The translations under genes and the position numbers were made by a program. The notes under the pieces were generated by a model. It saw nothing but the letters and a program-made list of their open reading frames with translations, was not told the DNA's origin and searched no databases. Shown here piece after piece: positions 1 through 8,427 of a DNA stretch of 64,000 nt. Origin of the DNA: a virus; IMG/VR virus record IMGVR_UViG_3300045988_150084; one strand, given 5' to 3'. Each line of letters opens with the position of its first letter. Position 1 is the stretch's first letter.

Positions 1-1683
1 CGTAAAGAAATCATGGTCTGTGACACCCTTGACAACACCGAAACGCTTCTTGGTCTTATTCATCAAAGTAAAACAAGCATTTTCAGCTGGAGTGGAGAAC
101 ACGGCATACGCAACGTGATATTTCTGTGTGGCCTTATCCGTCATAGCTTTCATGTGCTTGATGATTTCAAGGCCGAGTTCCTGAGATTTCTCCGATTCGC
201 CGTGATGTTTTCCAGTAAGAGCAATCAGACACTCAGCAAGACCAATGTAGCCTACCGAGAGAGAGCCATTTCTGAAACACTTCTCCATGCTATCGTTCTC
301 GTCTTTGAGGTTTTCATGTCCCATATACCACTTAGACGCAAACGGAAAATCTTTAGCCTTGAAGGAACACATGATACCGTACCGCTCGTGAAGTTCCCCG
401 ATAGCATCGCTTACTGCTTCGTGAAGAATATCCCAGAACTCGGACAGCGGGTCGGAAGGATTCTTCTCTTTTGCAAGCAGAGCAAGATAGGGAAGATTCA
501 CAGTATCAAAAGCAAGGTTGCCACGCGCTTCTGGGGAACTATCTCCGTTGATGTTCGTACCGACGTTCGTGCGACATCCCATTCTGGCGCAATTCATCTT
601 GTCTTTATACATATCGCTGTCAGCCAAGACGAAACGCGGCATGATTCTTATTCCTACACAATCTAAGGCAAGCATTGTAAGGTCAAAGTTAGGGTCACCT
701 TCGTAAAGATTGATACCCTTTTTCAGTCTAAAGCAGAGAACAGGGAAGAACGGCATTTCTCCATTCCCCATACCATCCATGAACGCTTTCAACGTCATTT
801 CAGAAATCATGCGTCCCCAGAAGGAAGTATCTGTACCGAAATTGATAGAAGAGAACACATTCTGGCCGCCACTGCGAGCCTTTTGAGTATTTGCATTGTA
901 TACGAACGCTTGCATGGCTTGGAAAACAGCATCCCTCGTGCGTTTCATGGCAAGCTCGTAGACCTTTTCGTAATTTACATATCCGTCACCATAGACTTCC
1001 TTGATTTGCTTCACTTGCCGCTTGTATTCTCCCTCTGCATACGGCGCGAGGTCGGTGTCCCAATGTACATATCCTTCGCCGCCGAAGAAATTACTCTGCA
1101 TGGACTGGAGGATGATACTAGCCAATGCTCCTGCCGTCGTGATATGCTTCGGAGGTCTTACATACCCTGTACCATTGTCAAATCCCTCTTTCAGCATTTT
1201 ATAGAGGGGAGAGAAAAAACAGTTTACACTCATGTGCCTATACGGAAGGTCGTGAATATAGCAGATACCCTTTCGATGATTTTCCGCATACTTCGGATTC
1301 ATCTTGAGAAGCTCGGTTTCCTTGAGAACATGTTCAGCAACAAAGTGAGCCTTAGAAGCCATACTATTCTCACTGTTCGCGTTATCTTTGGACGCTTCGA
1401 GAAGTAAACCGTCAATACCCTTCACCATATCCGTTTTCCCAAGACGATAATCTGTGCGTTTCTGCCGATAGAGGATATACGCCTTGGCAACGTCAGGATA
1501 TTTCTCCATCAACTTCTTTTCTACCGCATCGTGAATCTCATCCACGGTTACGTCCCTATCGAACGAGATTTCACTAGCGATTTCCTTGCCAACTTCTGCG
1601 CTCTTAGCGGCTTTCGCCACCGCGTTTTCAATCTTTTCTCTTTTGAACGGCTCCTTCCGTCCGTCATGCTTCGTTACTGTCAT
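1..1683 (-). CDS. nrdD: Anaerobic ribonucleoside-triphosphate reductase (class III, NrdD), N-terminal 561 aa; C-terminus runs off the window start
   Basis: My own minus-strand translation is open from the ATG at 1683..1681 (GGAGG RBS upstream) to position 1, in frame with the window edge. The N-terminus MTVTKHDGRKEPFKREKIENAV is an ATP-cone and the body looks NrdD-like. Family call rests on remembered motifs. Confidence 0.6.
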   Translation of the reverse strand, partial: MTVTKHDGRKEPFKREKIENAVAKAAKSAEVGKEIASEISFDRDVTVDEIHDAVEKKLMEKYPDVAKAYILYRQKRTDYRLGKTDMVKGIDGLLLEASKDNANSENSMASKAHFVAEHVLKETELLKMNPKYAENHRKGICYIHDLPYRHMSVNCFFSPLYKMLKEGFDNGTGYVRPPKHITTAGALASIILQSMQSNFFGGEGYVHWDTDLAPYAEGEYKRQVKQIKEVYGDGYVNYEKVYELAMKRTRDAVFQAMQAFVYNANTQKARSGGQNVFSSINFGTDTSFWGRMISEMTLKAFMDGMGNGEMPFFPVLCFRLKKGINLYEGDPNFDLTMLALDCVGIRIMPRFVLADSDMYKDKMNCARMGCRTNVGTNINGDSSPEARGNLAFDTVNLPYLALLAKEKNPSDPLSEFWDILHEAVSDAIGELHERYGIMCSFKAKDFPFASKWYMGHENLKDENDSMEKCFRNGSLSVGYIGLAECLIALTGKHHGESEKSQELGLEIIKHMKAMTDKATQKYHVAYAVFSTPAENACFTLMNKTKKRFGVVKGVTDHDFFT

Positions 1684-1849
1684 TCTTCTCCTCCAAAACC
1701 TTATACATACCTCCCGCTCGATAAGCAACAACTACGTTACCCTCGGCATCCTTGAACAAGTACACATCGCCACAATCGCACCTAGCATACCCATTCTCCA
1801 TATACTTATCCCACAGTACATCCCAGCACCTTGCACACTTGACTTTCAT
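1664..1849 (-). CDS. Small Cys-containing protein (61 aa), possible zinc ribbon
   Basis: ORF track entry with a CxxC...CDC pattern. It overlaps the nrdD start and the phoH stop. Confidence 0.35.
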   Translation of the reverse strand: MKVKCARCWDVLWDKYMENGYARCDCGDVYLFKDAEGNVVVAYRAGGMYKVLEEKNDSNEA

Positions 1850-2508
1850 ACTGCAAAATCCTCTGCAAGCTGACTGAACTTACCACGGAAATTTTTCGTA
1901 AGGGAAATCGAATTGCCGAGAACTGACAGATATTTACCATACTTCACAAAATCATTGTTATGATAACCCCTGTTGTCCTTCTGGAAACTGTCTCCGATAA
2001 GCACCACATGGCAATCATCGTGGCAACGTGTGAAAATGAGCTTCAAGGTTTCATAGTCGCAGTTTTCGGCTTCATCGATAATCACGCCAGCGTTCTCAAA
2101 ATTTACGCCCCTGAGATTACTGTCTGTGGTCAAGTGCAAGAGCTTCCCTGCCCTGAGTGCTTGAATCTCATACGGTGTGAATCCCAGCGTCTCCATAGCG
2201 TCGTACACAGGGTTAAACAACGCTTCTGTCTTATCCTCCATAGTCCCAGGTAAAAATCCGTTCTGCAAGAACCTCTGAGAGACTTTCTGGATATAAATAA
2301 TCTTGTTGATTACGTCATTCGCCAGAAGGTCAATCATAGCTGCACAGGAAACAATCGTCTTGCCAGTACCAGCCGCGGCTTCGATAAAGGTAAACACATT
2401 GTCTGTGATACTGCTGAAAGCATCCTTCTGCTCCTGCGTCATGCCTGCATAGAACCTATCGCGGTCTTTTCTATTCTTGAGTTCGATATATGGCTTATCG
2501 TTCACCAT
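1846..2508 (-). CDS. phoH: PhoH-like ATPase
   Basis: Walker A motif AAAGTGKT and PhoH-like length and motif layout. PhoH is common in phages. Confidence 0.65.
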   Translation of the reverse strand: MVNDKPYIELKNRKDRDRFYAGMTQEQKDAFSSITDNVFTFIEAAAGTGKTIVSCAAMIDLLANDVINKIIYIQKVSQRFLQNGFLPGTMEDKTEALFNPVYDAMETLGFTPYEIQALRAGKLLHLTTDSNLRGVNFENAGVIIDEAENCDYETLKLIFTRCHDDCHVVLIGDSFQKDNRGYHNNDFVKYGKYLSVLGNSISLTKNFRGKFSQLAEDFAV

Positions 2509-2740
2509 ATTTACCCTCTACATACTTCTTCGCAAGACTTACAATAACATTGGCAACCATATCCTTGTTCTTCTCCTCTTTTTCAAGTACAAAGCCGACG
2601 AGATAGATAGCCGCGCGAATCAAAGCCCCCTCGCCGTGAGCTGCTACATAATCTTCATCATCTCCGAACATGACCATAGCATAACCGCTATAACCATGTT
2701 TCTTACACTCATCGAGAACCTGACTCTCAAAATCGTCCAT
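2495..2740 (-). CDS. Hypothetical protein (81 aa)
   Basis: ORF track entry, same strand and tight packing with neighbours. Confidence 0.4.
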   Translation of the reverse strand: MDDFESQVLDECKKHGYSGYAMVMFGDDEDYVAAHGEGALIRAAIYLVGFVLEKEEKNKDMVANVIVSLAKKYVEGKYGER

Positions 2741-2743
2741 TGA

Positions 2744-3199
2744 CTACCTCCAAATCTTCACCAAGATACGTTGTCTACCAAAACGAAAGGCTTCTTTCTT
2801 TGTGTTCATGTAAATATCTATTCGATTTGTATATCCACCACCGAACCTATCTTCGACGGTGTAAATGTGACCGTTTATTTCAACCTTTGTACCGAAGGGA
2901 ACGCCGTCCATAGCGATTGTCCTGCCAGCTGTTGCTCTCCTGCCGCTTGCTGTTATGCCGTCACCCTTGCCGCACTCATCGTCCGAAGAGGTATAAGCAC
3001 TAACATTGGCAACCATCTCTCGATAAGCAGGTTCTTCTACCTTCTGAACAGACTCAACAACAGGCTCTTTTACAGGTGATATGTATGTATCGTGCCAAAC
3101 CTTATGAGCCTTTGCCGCATGATGAGGTTTTAGCAGCAGGAACACAACGAGGACAGCCTTGACCAAACCGAAAAACAGTTTACGACCCAACGACACCAA
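2744..3199 (-). CDS. 3D-domain protein with N-terminal signal/TM segment (cell-wall binding, lytic-transglycosylase-like)
   Basis: The C-terminal stretch GRTIAMDGVPFGTKVEINGHIYTVEDRFGGGYTNRIDIYM matches the 3D-domain pattern of YocH/YuiC/MltA. The N-terminus is hydrophobic. The ORF begins with TTG/GTG, so the exact start is uncertain. Confidence 0.55.
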   Translation of the reverse strand: MVSLGRKLFFGLVKAVLVVFLLLKPHHAAKAHKVWHDTYISPVKEPVVESVQKVEEPAYREMVANVSAYTSSDDECGKGDGITASGRRATAGRTIAMDGVPFGTKVEINGHIYTVEDRFGGGYTNRIDIYMNTKKEAFRFGRQRILVKIWR

Positions 3200-3767
3200 A
3201 CTCCTCTGCCCACGGAAGAGTGCTGATAAACTGGCAGAACTCTCTCCACTCAGGAAGTCTATGATTGTGCCGCTGATACCAGATGGTTTTTAACTGAGCG
3301 TAGTTCGTGACGATACCAGCGCCGATACAGATACCCTCTGGCATATTTGCCTTGACCGCGAGGAGATTTTCCTCAGATGGATGTTCTACATACTCCGAAA
3401 CAATATCCTCAAAAATACCAAGGATAGTAGGATGTACATACTTGTTCGCCATCTTTTTATAGTCCAGAGATTTTACCTTGTGCATCGAGGACATACTATT
3501 CTTTGTGAACCAATGGTATGTATCGTGCTGTTGCCACCAATACCGAGGAGCGATGATATCATATCCCACCGTAATCTGTCTGAGGAATTTATCATCCCCA
3601 TGACCATACGGAGAATTACCCAGCTTGTCACCTCGCTTAATCAGCTTGACCTTATCTACGTCCATATCATTCATATCCTTGATTTCTGTGGACATAGGGT
3701 AGCCAGCGCGAATAAGCGCTTCTTGAATCCCCCATACGTCAACATTAAGAATTTTTATGTGCTCCAT
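3180..3767 (-). CDS. ThyX-like (flavin-dependent thymidylate synthase fold) protein with a degenerate active-site motif
   Basis: HGDDKFLRQITVGYDIIAPRYWWQQH aligns with ThyX [30 protein letters not shown], but the RHR motif is replaced by QQH. An ATG with a GGAGG RBS sits at 3767, whereas the ORF track starts at an upstream TTG. Confidence 0.5.
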   Translation of the reverse strand: MEHIKILNVDVWGIQEALIRAGYPMSTEIKDMNDMDVDKVKLIKRGDKLGNSPYGHGDDKFLRQITVGYDIIAPRYWWQQHDTYHWFTKNSMSSMHKVKSLDYKKMANKYVHPTILGIFEDIVSEYVEHPSEENLLAVKANMPEGICIGAGIVTNYAQLKTIWYQRHNHRLPEWREFCQFISTLPWAEEFGVVGS

Positions 3768-4056
3768 GTTTACCTCCTCGAATCGCAATCAGGTATCTAG
3801 CCTTGCCAATCGCCGCGTCATCTGCCTTATAGACAAGATTCATACCTGTCGAATAATCAAAATCGCAGAACATATCGAAGAGAGGAGCTTCTTTGCTTTC
3901 TTCTGGGTAATTCCTTTGCAATTCCACCAGTTGTTTAGCTCTTTTCGTCCAGTCCGCATCCGAGATGATATTTTCATTGAATTTATAGTAAACAACTGAA
4001 TGGACAAGCGTTTGAAGCCGTCTTCTCTTGATAAGTTCTACGATTTGTTCATTCAT
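3745..4056 (-). CDS. Hypothetical protein (103 aa)
   Basis: ORF track entry in an operon-like arrangement. Confidence 0.4.
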   Translation of the reverse strand: MNEQIVELIKRRRLQTLVHSVVYYKFNENIISDADWTKRAKQLVELQRNYPEESKEAPLFDMFCDFDYSTGMNLVYKADDAAIGKARYLIAIRGGKHGAHKNS

Positions 4057-4733
4057 TATTTCCCTGTGCTCCCAATACCGCCATCACGCAAATCGACAGG
4101 AACATCCTCACCAACAAGGAACTTCTGGAAGATACCCTGTGCAATCTTATCTCCCTTATGGATAGCATGCGGCTCATCGTCGTAGTTATACAGGAAAATC
4201 ATAATATGACCCTCATTTGAAGAGTTGTTGTAGTAGTCAGAATCAATAATTCCCACCGAATTAGGAAGGATAAGGTGCTTCTTTACCCCCATCGAAGAAC
4301 GAGGATAGATTTTCAACACCTCATCGGAGAGCATATACGCTTTCACTCCAGAAGGGATGCTCTTTTGTTCACCGCTACCGATAACGCAATCGATAGGAGA
4401 ATAGAAATCGTATCCTGCCGAGAAAATTGTGCTACGCCTTGGAAGGATAATATCCTCTGGGTTGAGGTTTGTGTTCTCTACCCTCTCGAAGCCGCGCACA
4501 GGTCTTTCCAGTACGTCGCAGAAGGAATTACAAACGCCTTCAATAGCACTCATCCGAAGACCCTTCATAATCTTCTTCTCTTCCCCTGTCACGTTGTTCT
4601 TTTCACAGAACTTATCGAAAAGTTTTTTCTCTCTGCGTACTGCTTCAACCAAAATCTGTGCTGCGTCACCCTTGTTCATCTGCGTTTTCCTTTCTTGTTC
4701 TGTGTTTTCCAATCCATCAATTTCTTCTGCCAC
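4056..4733 (-). CDS. dut: dUTPase (dUTP pyrophosphatase) with an ~80-aa N-terminal extension
   Basis: dUTPase motifs are present: AGYDF, RSS, GIIDSDYY and a C-terminal RDGGIGSTGK. The annotated start is GTG, so the true start may lie downstream. Confidence 0.75.
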   Translation of the reverse strand: MAEEIDGLENTEQERKTQMNKGDAAQILVEAVRREKKLFDKFCEKNNVTGEEKKIMKGLRMSAIEGVCNSFCDVLERPVRGFERVENTNLNPEDIILPRRSTIFSAGYDFYSPIDCVIGSGEQKSIPSGVKAYMLSDEVLKIYPRSSMGVKKHLILPNSVGIIDSDYYNNSSNEGHIMIFLYNYDDEPHAIHKGDKIAQGIFQKFLVGEDVPVDLRDGGIGSTGK

Positions 4734-4951
4734 GGCTCAAGCTCTTCATAAGGAGGAAGACCGCCTATACAATGTTTCAGAATACCTCTCTCAAGGTTTT
4801 CATCGACGATTTTTTCCATTTTCTGCTTGTACTCGTCAGCATTTTTTCTTTCGGAATCATAGTAAATCCATGTTCCATGATACTTGTACTTGTCCAAATA
4901 TTCTGTCCTCCCCGATAAGCAAAGTTTTAATACTCCAGACTTCATAAGCAT
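4676..4951 (-). CDS. Hypothetical protein (91 aa)
   Basis: ORF track entry only. Confidence 0.3.
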   Translation of the reverse strand: MLMKSGVLKLCLSGRTEYLDKYKYHGTWIYYDSERKNADEYKQKMEKIVDENLERGILKHCIGGLPPYEELEPWQKKLMDWKTQNKKGKRR

Positions 4952-5182
4952 CTGTCTCCATTACGCAGGAGAATTTGAACGAAGCACACGCTCCAAACAT
5001 CACGCCGCGATTTCTTTTCGCGGAATACGATACTTAACGCATATCTAGGCCGCCATAGATGCCTTTCATTTTAAGGGGGTCGACTCCGCAGAGTATTGAC
5101 CTCCCGAGACTTACACTATGGTTTTCGATATATGCTTTGCGCTGTATCGGAGTTTTAATGTCTTTTCTTTGACAAATAATGA

Positions 5183-5253
5183 AGACAGCGGCAGGACTTG
5201 AACCTGCGGCAATACCTTATCGGCAAGAACGGTTCCACACCATATTCGCTGTC
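5183..5253 (-). tRNA. tRNA-like element, possibly a degenerate tRNA; anticodon unresolved
   Basis: There is a perfect 7-bp acceptor pairing (GACAGCG/CGCTGTC) and a canonical T-arm (GCAGG TTCAAGT CCTGC). The D and anticodon arms do not fold canonically. It lies 4 nt from the tRNA-Thr gene. Confidence 0.35.
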
Positions 5254-5257
5254 ATAA

Positions 5258-5333
5258 TGGAGCTACCAGTAAGACTCGAACTTACAACCTTCTGATTACA
5301 AGTCAGATGCACTACCAGTTGTGCTATGGTAGC
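5258..5333 (-). tRNA. tRNA-Thr (anticodon TGT), CCA encoded
   Basis: Hand-folded cloverleaf: acceptor GCTACCA/TGGTAGC, D-stem GCAC/GTGC, anticodon loop CTTGTAA, T-loop TTCGAGT, then discriminator T and CCA. Confidence 0.7.
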
Positions 5334-5528
5334 ATGTAGCCGTCAACACCTCTGTGAAGACATCAACGGCATGTGCGGTTAAATTTTATAGAGCGATACC
5401 GTCAAGCTCTAGGAGTGCCAACGCCCAGTTTACGGATTCTAGTCACAGCTATACCGATGGCTATCTTGTTTTGCACCCAGAAGGAGGTACTGAGTGCTTT
5501 ATATAAAAGAGTTTCCTCTCTTATAATC

Positions 5529-5616
5529 TGGTGGGTAGGAGTGGATTTGAACCACCGAAGACATAAAGCCAGCAGATTTACAGTCTGTCTCCTTTAGCCA
5601 ACTTGGATACCTACCC
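5529..5616 (-). tRNA. tRNA-Tyr (anticodon GTA), class II with a long variable arm, CCA encoded
   Basis: Acceptor GGGTAGG/CCTACCC, anticodon loop CTGTAAA, T-loop TTCAAAT, 88 nt. The long variable arm fits bacterial tRNA-Tyr. Confidence 0.6.
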
Positions 5617-5617
5617 A

Positions 5618-5692
5618 TGGCGGGGGATGTTGGACTCGAACCAACGATGCAGGAGTCAAAGTCCTGTGTCTTAACCACTTGACGAATCCCCT
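5618..5692 (-). tRNA. tRNA-Gln (anticodon TTG), CCA encoded, A1:C72 mismatch at the end of the acceptor stem
   Basis: Acceptor AGGGGAT/ATCCCCC, anticodon stem CAGGA/TCCTG with loop CTTTGAC, T-arm GTTGG TTCGAGT CCAAC. It lies 1 nt from the tRNA-Tyr gene. Confidence 0.6.
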
Positions 5693-5694
5693 AT

Positions 5695-5771
5695 TGGTGT
5701 ACCAAGAGCGGCTCGAACGCTCGACCTACGGATTAAAAGTCCGTTGCTCTAGCCTACTAAGCTATTGGTAC
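5695..5771 (-). tRNA. tRNA-Lys (anticodon TTT), CCA encoded
   Basis: Acceptor GTACCAA/TTGGTAC, D-arm GCTT..GAGC, anticodon stem ACGGA/TCCGT with loop CTTTTAA, T-arm GAGCG TTCGAGC CGCTC. Confidence 0.7.
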
Positions 5772-5775
5772 ATGA

Positions 5776-5862
5776 TGGTGCGAAAGACGGGAATCGAACC
5801 CGTACAGTATTTCTACTGGGGGATTTTAAGTCCCCTGCGTCTGCCAGTTACGCCACTCTCGC
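5776..5862 (-). tRNA. tRNA-Leu (anticodon TAA), class II
   Basis: Acceptor GCGAGAG/CTTTCGC with one G-T pair, D-stem GCGT/ACGC, anticodon stem GGGGA/TCCCC with loop CTTAAAA, a long variable stem-loop CAGTAGAAATACTG, T-arm ACGGG TTCGATT CCCGT. Confidence 0.65.
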
Positions 5863-6126
5863 ATGATAAATGGTTTTAGCGTTTTTTCCTTAACGACCTA
5901 GCTTTTCAGATGTGTTTTAGTGCTGGCCAGTCACTTCAAGCATAGTCCCATTCACATCAGGGGCTTTAGGATTCGGTGCGATGCTCCTGCCATTTCAGAC
6001 AGGTTACATTGTAGAGATGGTTCCAAGAGGTTTTCTTCTCTCAGGAAGTTCTCCTCATTACGGTTTATATCATATCACTTTTTCGGTCTGTTGTAAACAA
6101 AAAATTTATTTATATAACGTAATTTT

Positions 6127-6705
6127 TCATTTACCCAACTCATCGAAGAAAGACGGCTGGAGTGCGAACATGAAGTCCTTATATGACTCATCGAGGGAAA
6201 CCATGTCAGCATAGTCTTGTTCAAAAAACTTGTGCAGTTCCCCATAGTTACGGTCAGAGACTTCTCGAATAGCATACTTCTCGCCGCTCTCGCTCTCAAT
6301 CACGTTACCGTTCACGGTCTTGGAGTGCTTTACTAAGTCGTAGAAGATATTCTCATCCATGACATAGCAGAATCCTGTGATATAAAGTATCTTCTTCTCG
6401 CCGATTAGTTTACGAATCCGCTCAAAAGACTGCCGTTTCTTGTTCTCTACCTTGCGTTCTACGCCGAAGATGGTCACGCGCAAGTCAGAATCAGCACCCT
6501 CACGAATCTTTTTATACGCGCCAGAACCGTCAATGATACGAGCTTCAAACCCCTGTCTCTGAAAATGCAGGAGCAACTTTTTTTCAGACTTCTTTCCTCG
6601 CCGCTTATTGGAACGACCGATAGCCTGTCTCGATTTGCTCTTCTTACGCTCAAACTTGTTGTACTCTTTACACTTACGACACATACCGCGAGTCTCACTA
6701 GACAA
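6127..6705 (-). CDS. Putative Holliday-junction resolvase (Hjc/RecU-like PD-(D/E)XK) with a basic N-terminal tail
   Basis: RQGFEARIIDGSGAYKKIREGADSDLRVTIFGVERK resembles the Hjc/RecU E...SG...D..[IV]..E.K core. The assignment is tentative. Confidence 0.4.
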   Translation of the reverse strand: MSSETRGMCRKCKEYNKFERKKSKSRQAIGRSNKRRGKKSEKKLLLHFQRQGFEARIIDGSGAYKKIREGADSDLRVTIFGVERKVENKKRQSFERIRKLIGEKKILYITGFCYVMDENIFYDLVKHSKTVNGNVIESESGEKYAIREVSDRNYGELHKFFEQDYADMVSLDESYKDFMFALQPSFFDELGK

Positions 6706-6716
6706 GCAGTACGGCT

Positions 6717-6905
6717 TTACGACACACTCAGAAATGGTGCATCCACCTCCTCTACATCGTCAATCACGATATTCGCAAACATATCCTCATCTGCATAGTC
6801 CTCTGGATAATCAATCATCCTCTGTTTTGCTTCTTCCTTTGAGGTAGCGCGGACAATAGAACTATCTTCCGTATGCCACCTCACCCGATACATCTTAGCC
6901 TCCAA
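6717..6905 (-). CDS. Hypothetical protein (62 aa)
   Basis: ORF track entry only. Confidence 0.3.
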   Translation of the reverse strand: MEAKMYRVRWHTEDSSIVRATSKEEAKQRMIDYPEDYADEDMFANIVIDDVEEVDAPFLSVS

Positions 6906-7030
6906 AGTGGATATACCTTCCCGCTACTTTCTCGATTAGCGACAAAACACCGTTCATTACAACCCAGCCAAGTGCCAGACCAGCACTTAACATAGCTCCA
7001 TCGACAAACAACATATACATCACTTTCCTT

Positions 7031-7333
7031 TCAGTTAAATAGCCATTTTGCGAGCTCAAGGGCTTCCAAAAACAGCCACGCGCCCATAGTAAAAAAGAAC
7101 CCCATTAATACAAAAGGGAAAAGTTTCACCGTCACATCTGTAAAACCTTCAATAAAGCGTTTAACGACGAGAAGGAAAGGACGCGCCCCCTTTGCCAGCT
7201 CTGGATGTTTCTTATAAAGTTTACAATAAATATTATCCATAAACATTTTATTACTCCAATCTATCAGGTACAGGCTCTCCCCATAAATCATGCCGCGCAA
7301 TATCACAAAACATATCGGCAATGCCAAGTTCAT
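7031..7333 (-). CDS. Hypothetical protein with a C-terminal hydrophobic segment (100 aa)
   Basis: ORF track entry with a hydrophobic C-terminus. Confidence 0.35.
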   Translation of the reverse strand: MNLALPICFVILRGMIYGESLYLIDWSNKMFMDNIYCKLYKKHPELAKGARPFLLVVKRFIEGFTDVTVKLFPFVLMGFFFTMGAWLFLEALELAKWLFN

Positions 7334-7589
7334 TGATACCGAAAGAAATAGCCAGAGCCTTGTTGCCCTTTACTGTCTCGCGAATTTCCTTTAATGTTTC
7401 CAGATACTCCATTATCACCTTCGCTTTCATGTTGCAGATAAGGGGAGAACGACGGAGAGCAAGCTCTGCTGCGTAAAGAGCATTGTTTTCCTCATCTGAA
7501 AAGATAAACTTCATATCTTCTTTTTCTTCTTTCAGACGCATCTTTTCGATAATTTTAATAGCTTTCTTTCTCTTCATTTTACTCACCAA
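7251..7589 (-). CDS. Hypothetical protein (112 aa)
   Basis: ORF track entry in the early gene run. Confidence 0.4.
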   Translation of the reverse strand: MVSKMKRKKAIKIIEKMRLKEEKEDMKFIFSDEENNALYAAELALRRSPLICNMKAKVIMEYLETLKEIRETVKGNKALAISFGINELGIADMFCDIARHDLWGEPVPDRLE

Positions 7590-8092
7590 TCTTCACACAG
7601 AGCTAATTCTTCATCACCATATTTACACCACATATAGCTGCAATAATCGGCTTCATTGACGTGCTTGTTGAAATCATACCAAGCCATATCAACTAACCTA
7701 TCATACACTTTCCTTTTCTTGAAATAATACTTTTGAAGCAAGCGATATTTCGCCAGTTTCTTTCCTTTTTCAAGGTCAAACTCATCATCTGGATGGCACT
7801 TCGCAACACCGACCAGCCCATCTTTTGTAAGCTCATCGGCATACTTTCCTAGGCTGTCCTTCACTTGAATAGAGAGGTGTTTTTCTTCAAAGATACCATT
7901 TACGATTTGATAGCCGTCTGGCTCATCTCCAGAAAACCGAGCGTAGACATTGTTCCCCTTGCGCGTATACTCAATCATTGTTTTCCTCCTCAAGAAGTCC
8001 AAGTGCTTCTGGCAGACTGAGGATGCCATTTTTGTGTAGCCATTCTTTTTCCTTGTCCGCTTTCCATGACGCATCGGAGCAGAAATCATCAT
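7583..8092 (-). CDS. Hypothetical protein (169 aa)
   Basis: ORF track entry. Confidence 0.4.
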   Translation of the reverse strand: MMISAPMRHGKRTRKKNGYTKMASSVCQKHLDFLRRKTMIEYTRKGNNVYARFSGDEPDGYQIVNGIFEEKHLSIQVKDSLGKYADELTKDGLVGVAKCHPDDEFDLEKGKKLAKYRLLQKYYFKKRKVYDRLVDMAWYDFNKHVNEADYCSYMWCKYGDEELALCEDW

Positions 8093-8249
8093 ACCAATCT
8101 AGCAGAGACAGAATCACCTTTCCGCATCTATCGCACCTGCAAACATCATAAATCTTTACGTTCGCGTTCATATAGCTAGAAGAAATTACATACGCTGGAA
8201 TACGCTTTCCTTTCCGCTTATGTCCGAAGAGCTTACAAAGAATATTCAC
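7971..8249 (-). CDS. Hypothetical zinc-ribbon protein (CRCDRCGK); the start is probably internal
   Basis: ORF track entry. It has a GGAGGAATAG RBS before a GTG, and it overlaps the upstream gene so the true start may be later. Confidence 0.35.
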   Translation of the reverse strand: MNILCKLFGHKRKGKRIPAYVISSSYMNANVKIYDVCRCDRCGKVILSLLDWYDDFCSDASWKADKEKEWLHKNGILSLPEALGLLEEENND

Positions 8250-8262
8250 TATCTATTCCTCC

Positions 8263-8427
8263 TCAAAGAATAAATCCTGCAAGTTCCAAGAGTTTCAAGA
8301 GCAAGAAAACTCCCACACCGACCGCTAAAACTATGATGATAAATCTTGCCAAAAGTATAAGGAAACAGACTACGGCAACGAGAATAAACCAAAGTAAACC
8401 ACCGATAATACAGATAATTTCTTTCAT
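8263..8427 (-). CDS. Small hydrophobic membrane protein (about 54 aa), not in the ORF track
   Basis: My own translation is MKEIICIIGGLLWFILVAVVCFLILLARFIIIVLAVGVGVFLLLKLLELAGFIL. An AGGAGG RBS sits 6 nt upstream of the ATG, and the stop overlaps the next RBS. Coordinates are +/-2. Confidence 0.45.
   Translation of the reverse strand: MKEIICIIGGLLWFILVAVVCFLILLARFIIIVLAVGVGVFLLLKLLELAGFIL

Noticed and set aside
13-1407. Plus-strand ORFs 13..666, 518..706, 883..1407 and 1001..1204
   Set aside because: They lie antisense inside the long minus-strand NrdD reading frame, which is open from 1683 to the window edge with a GGAGG RBS. They have no RBS and odd composition.
5334-5528. Possible additional tRNA in the 195-nt gap between tRNA-Thr and tRNA-Tyr
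   Set aside because: No T-arm (GTTC..A..C) or acceptor pairing could be found on either strand. It has only an imperfect hairpin (gccgtcaac...atcaacggc) and promoter-like AT boxes.
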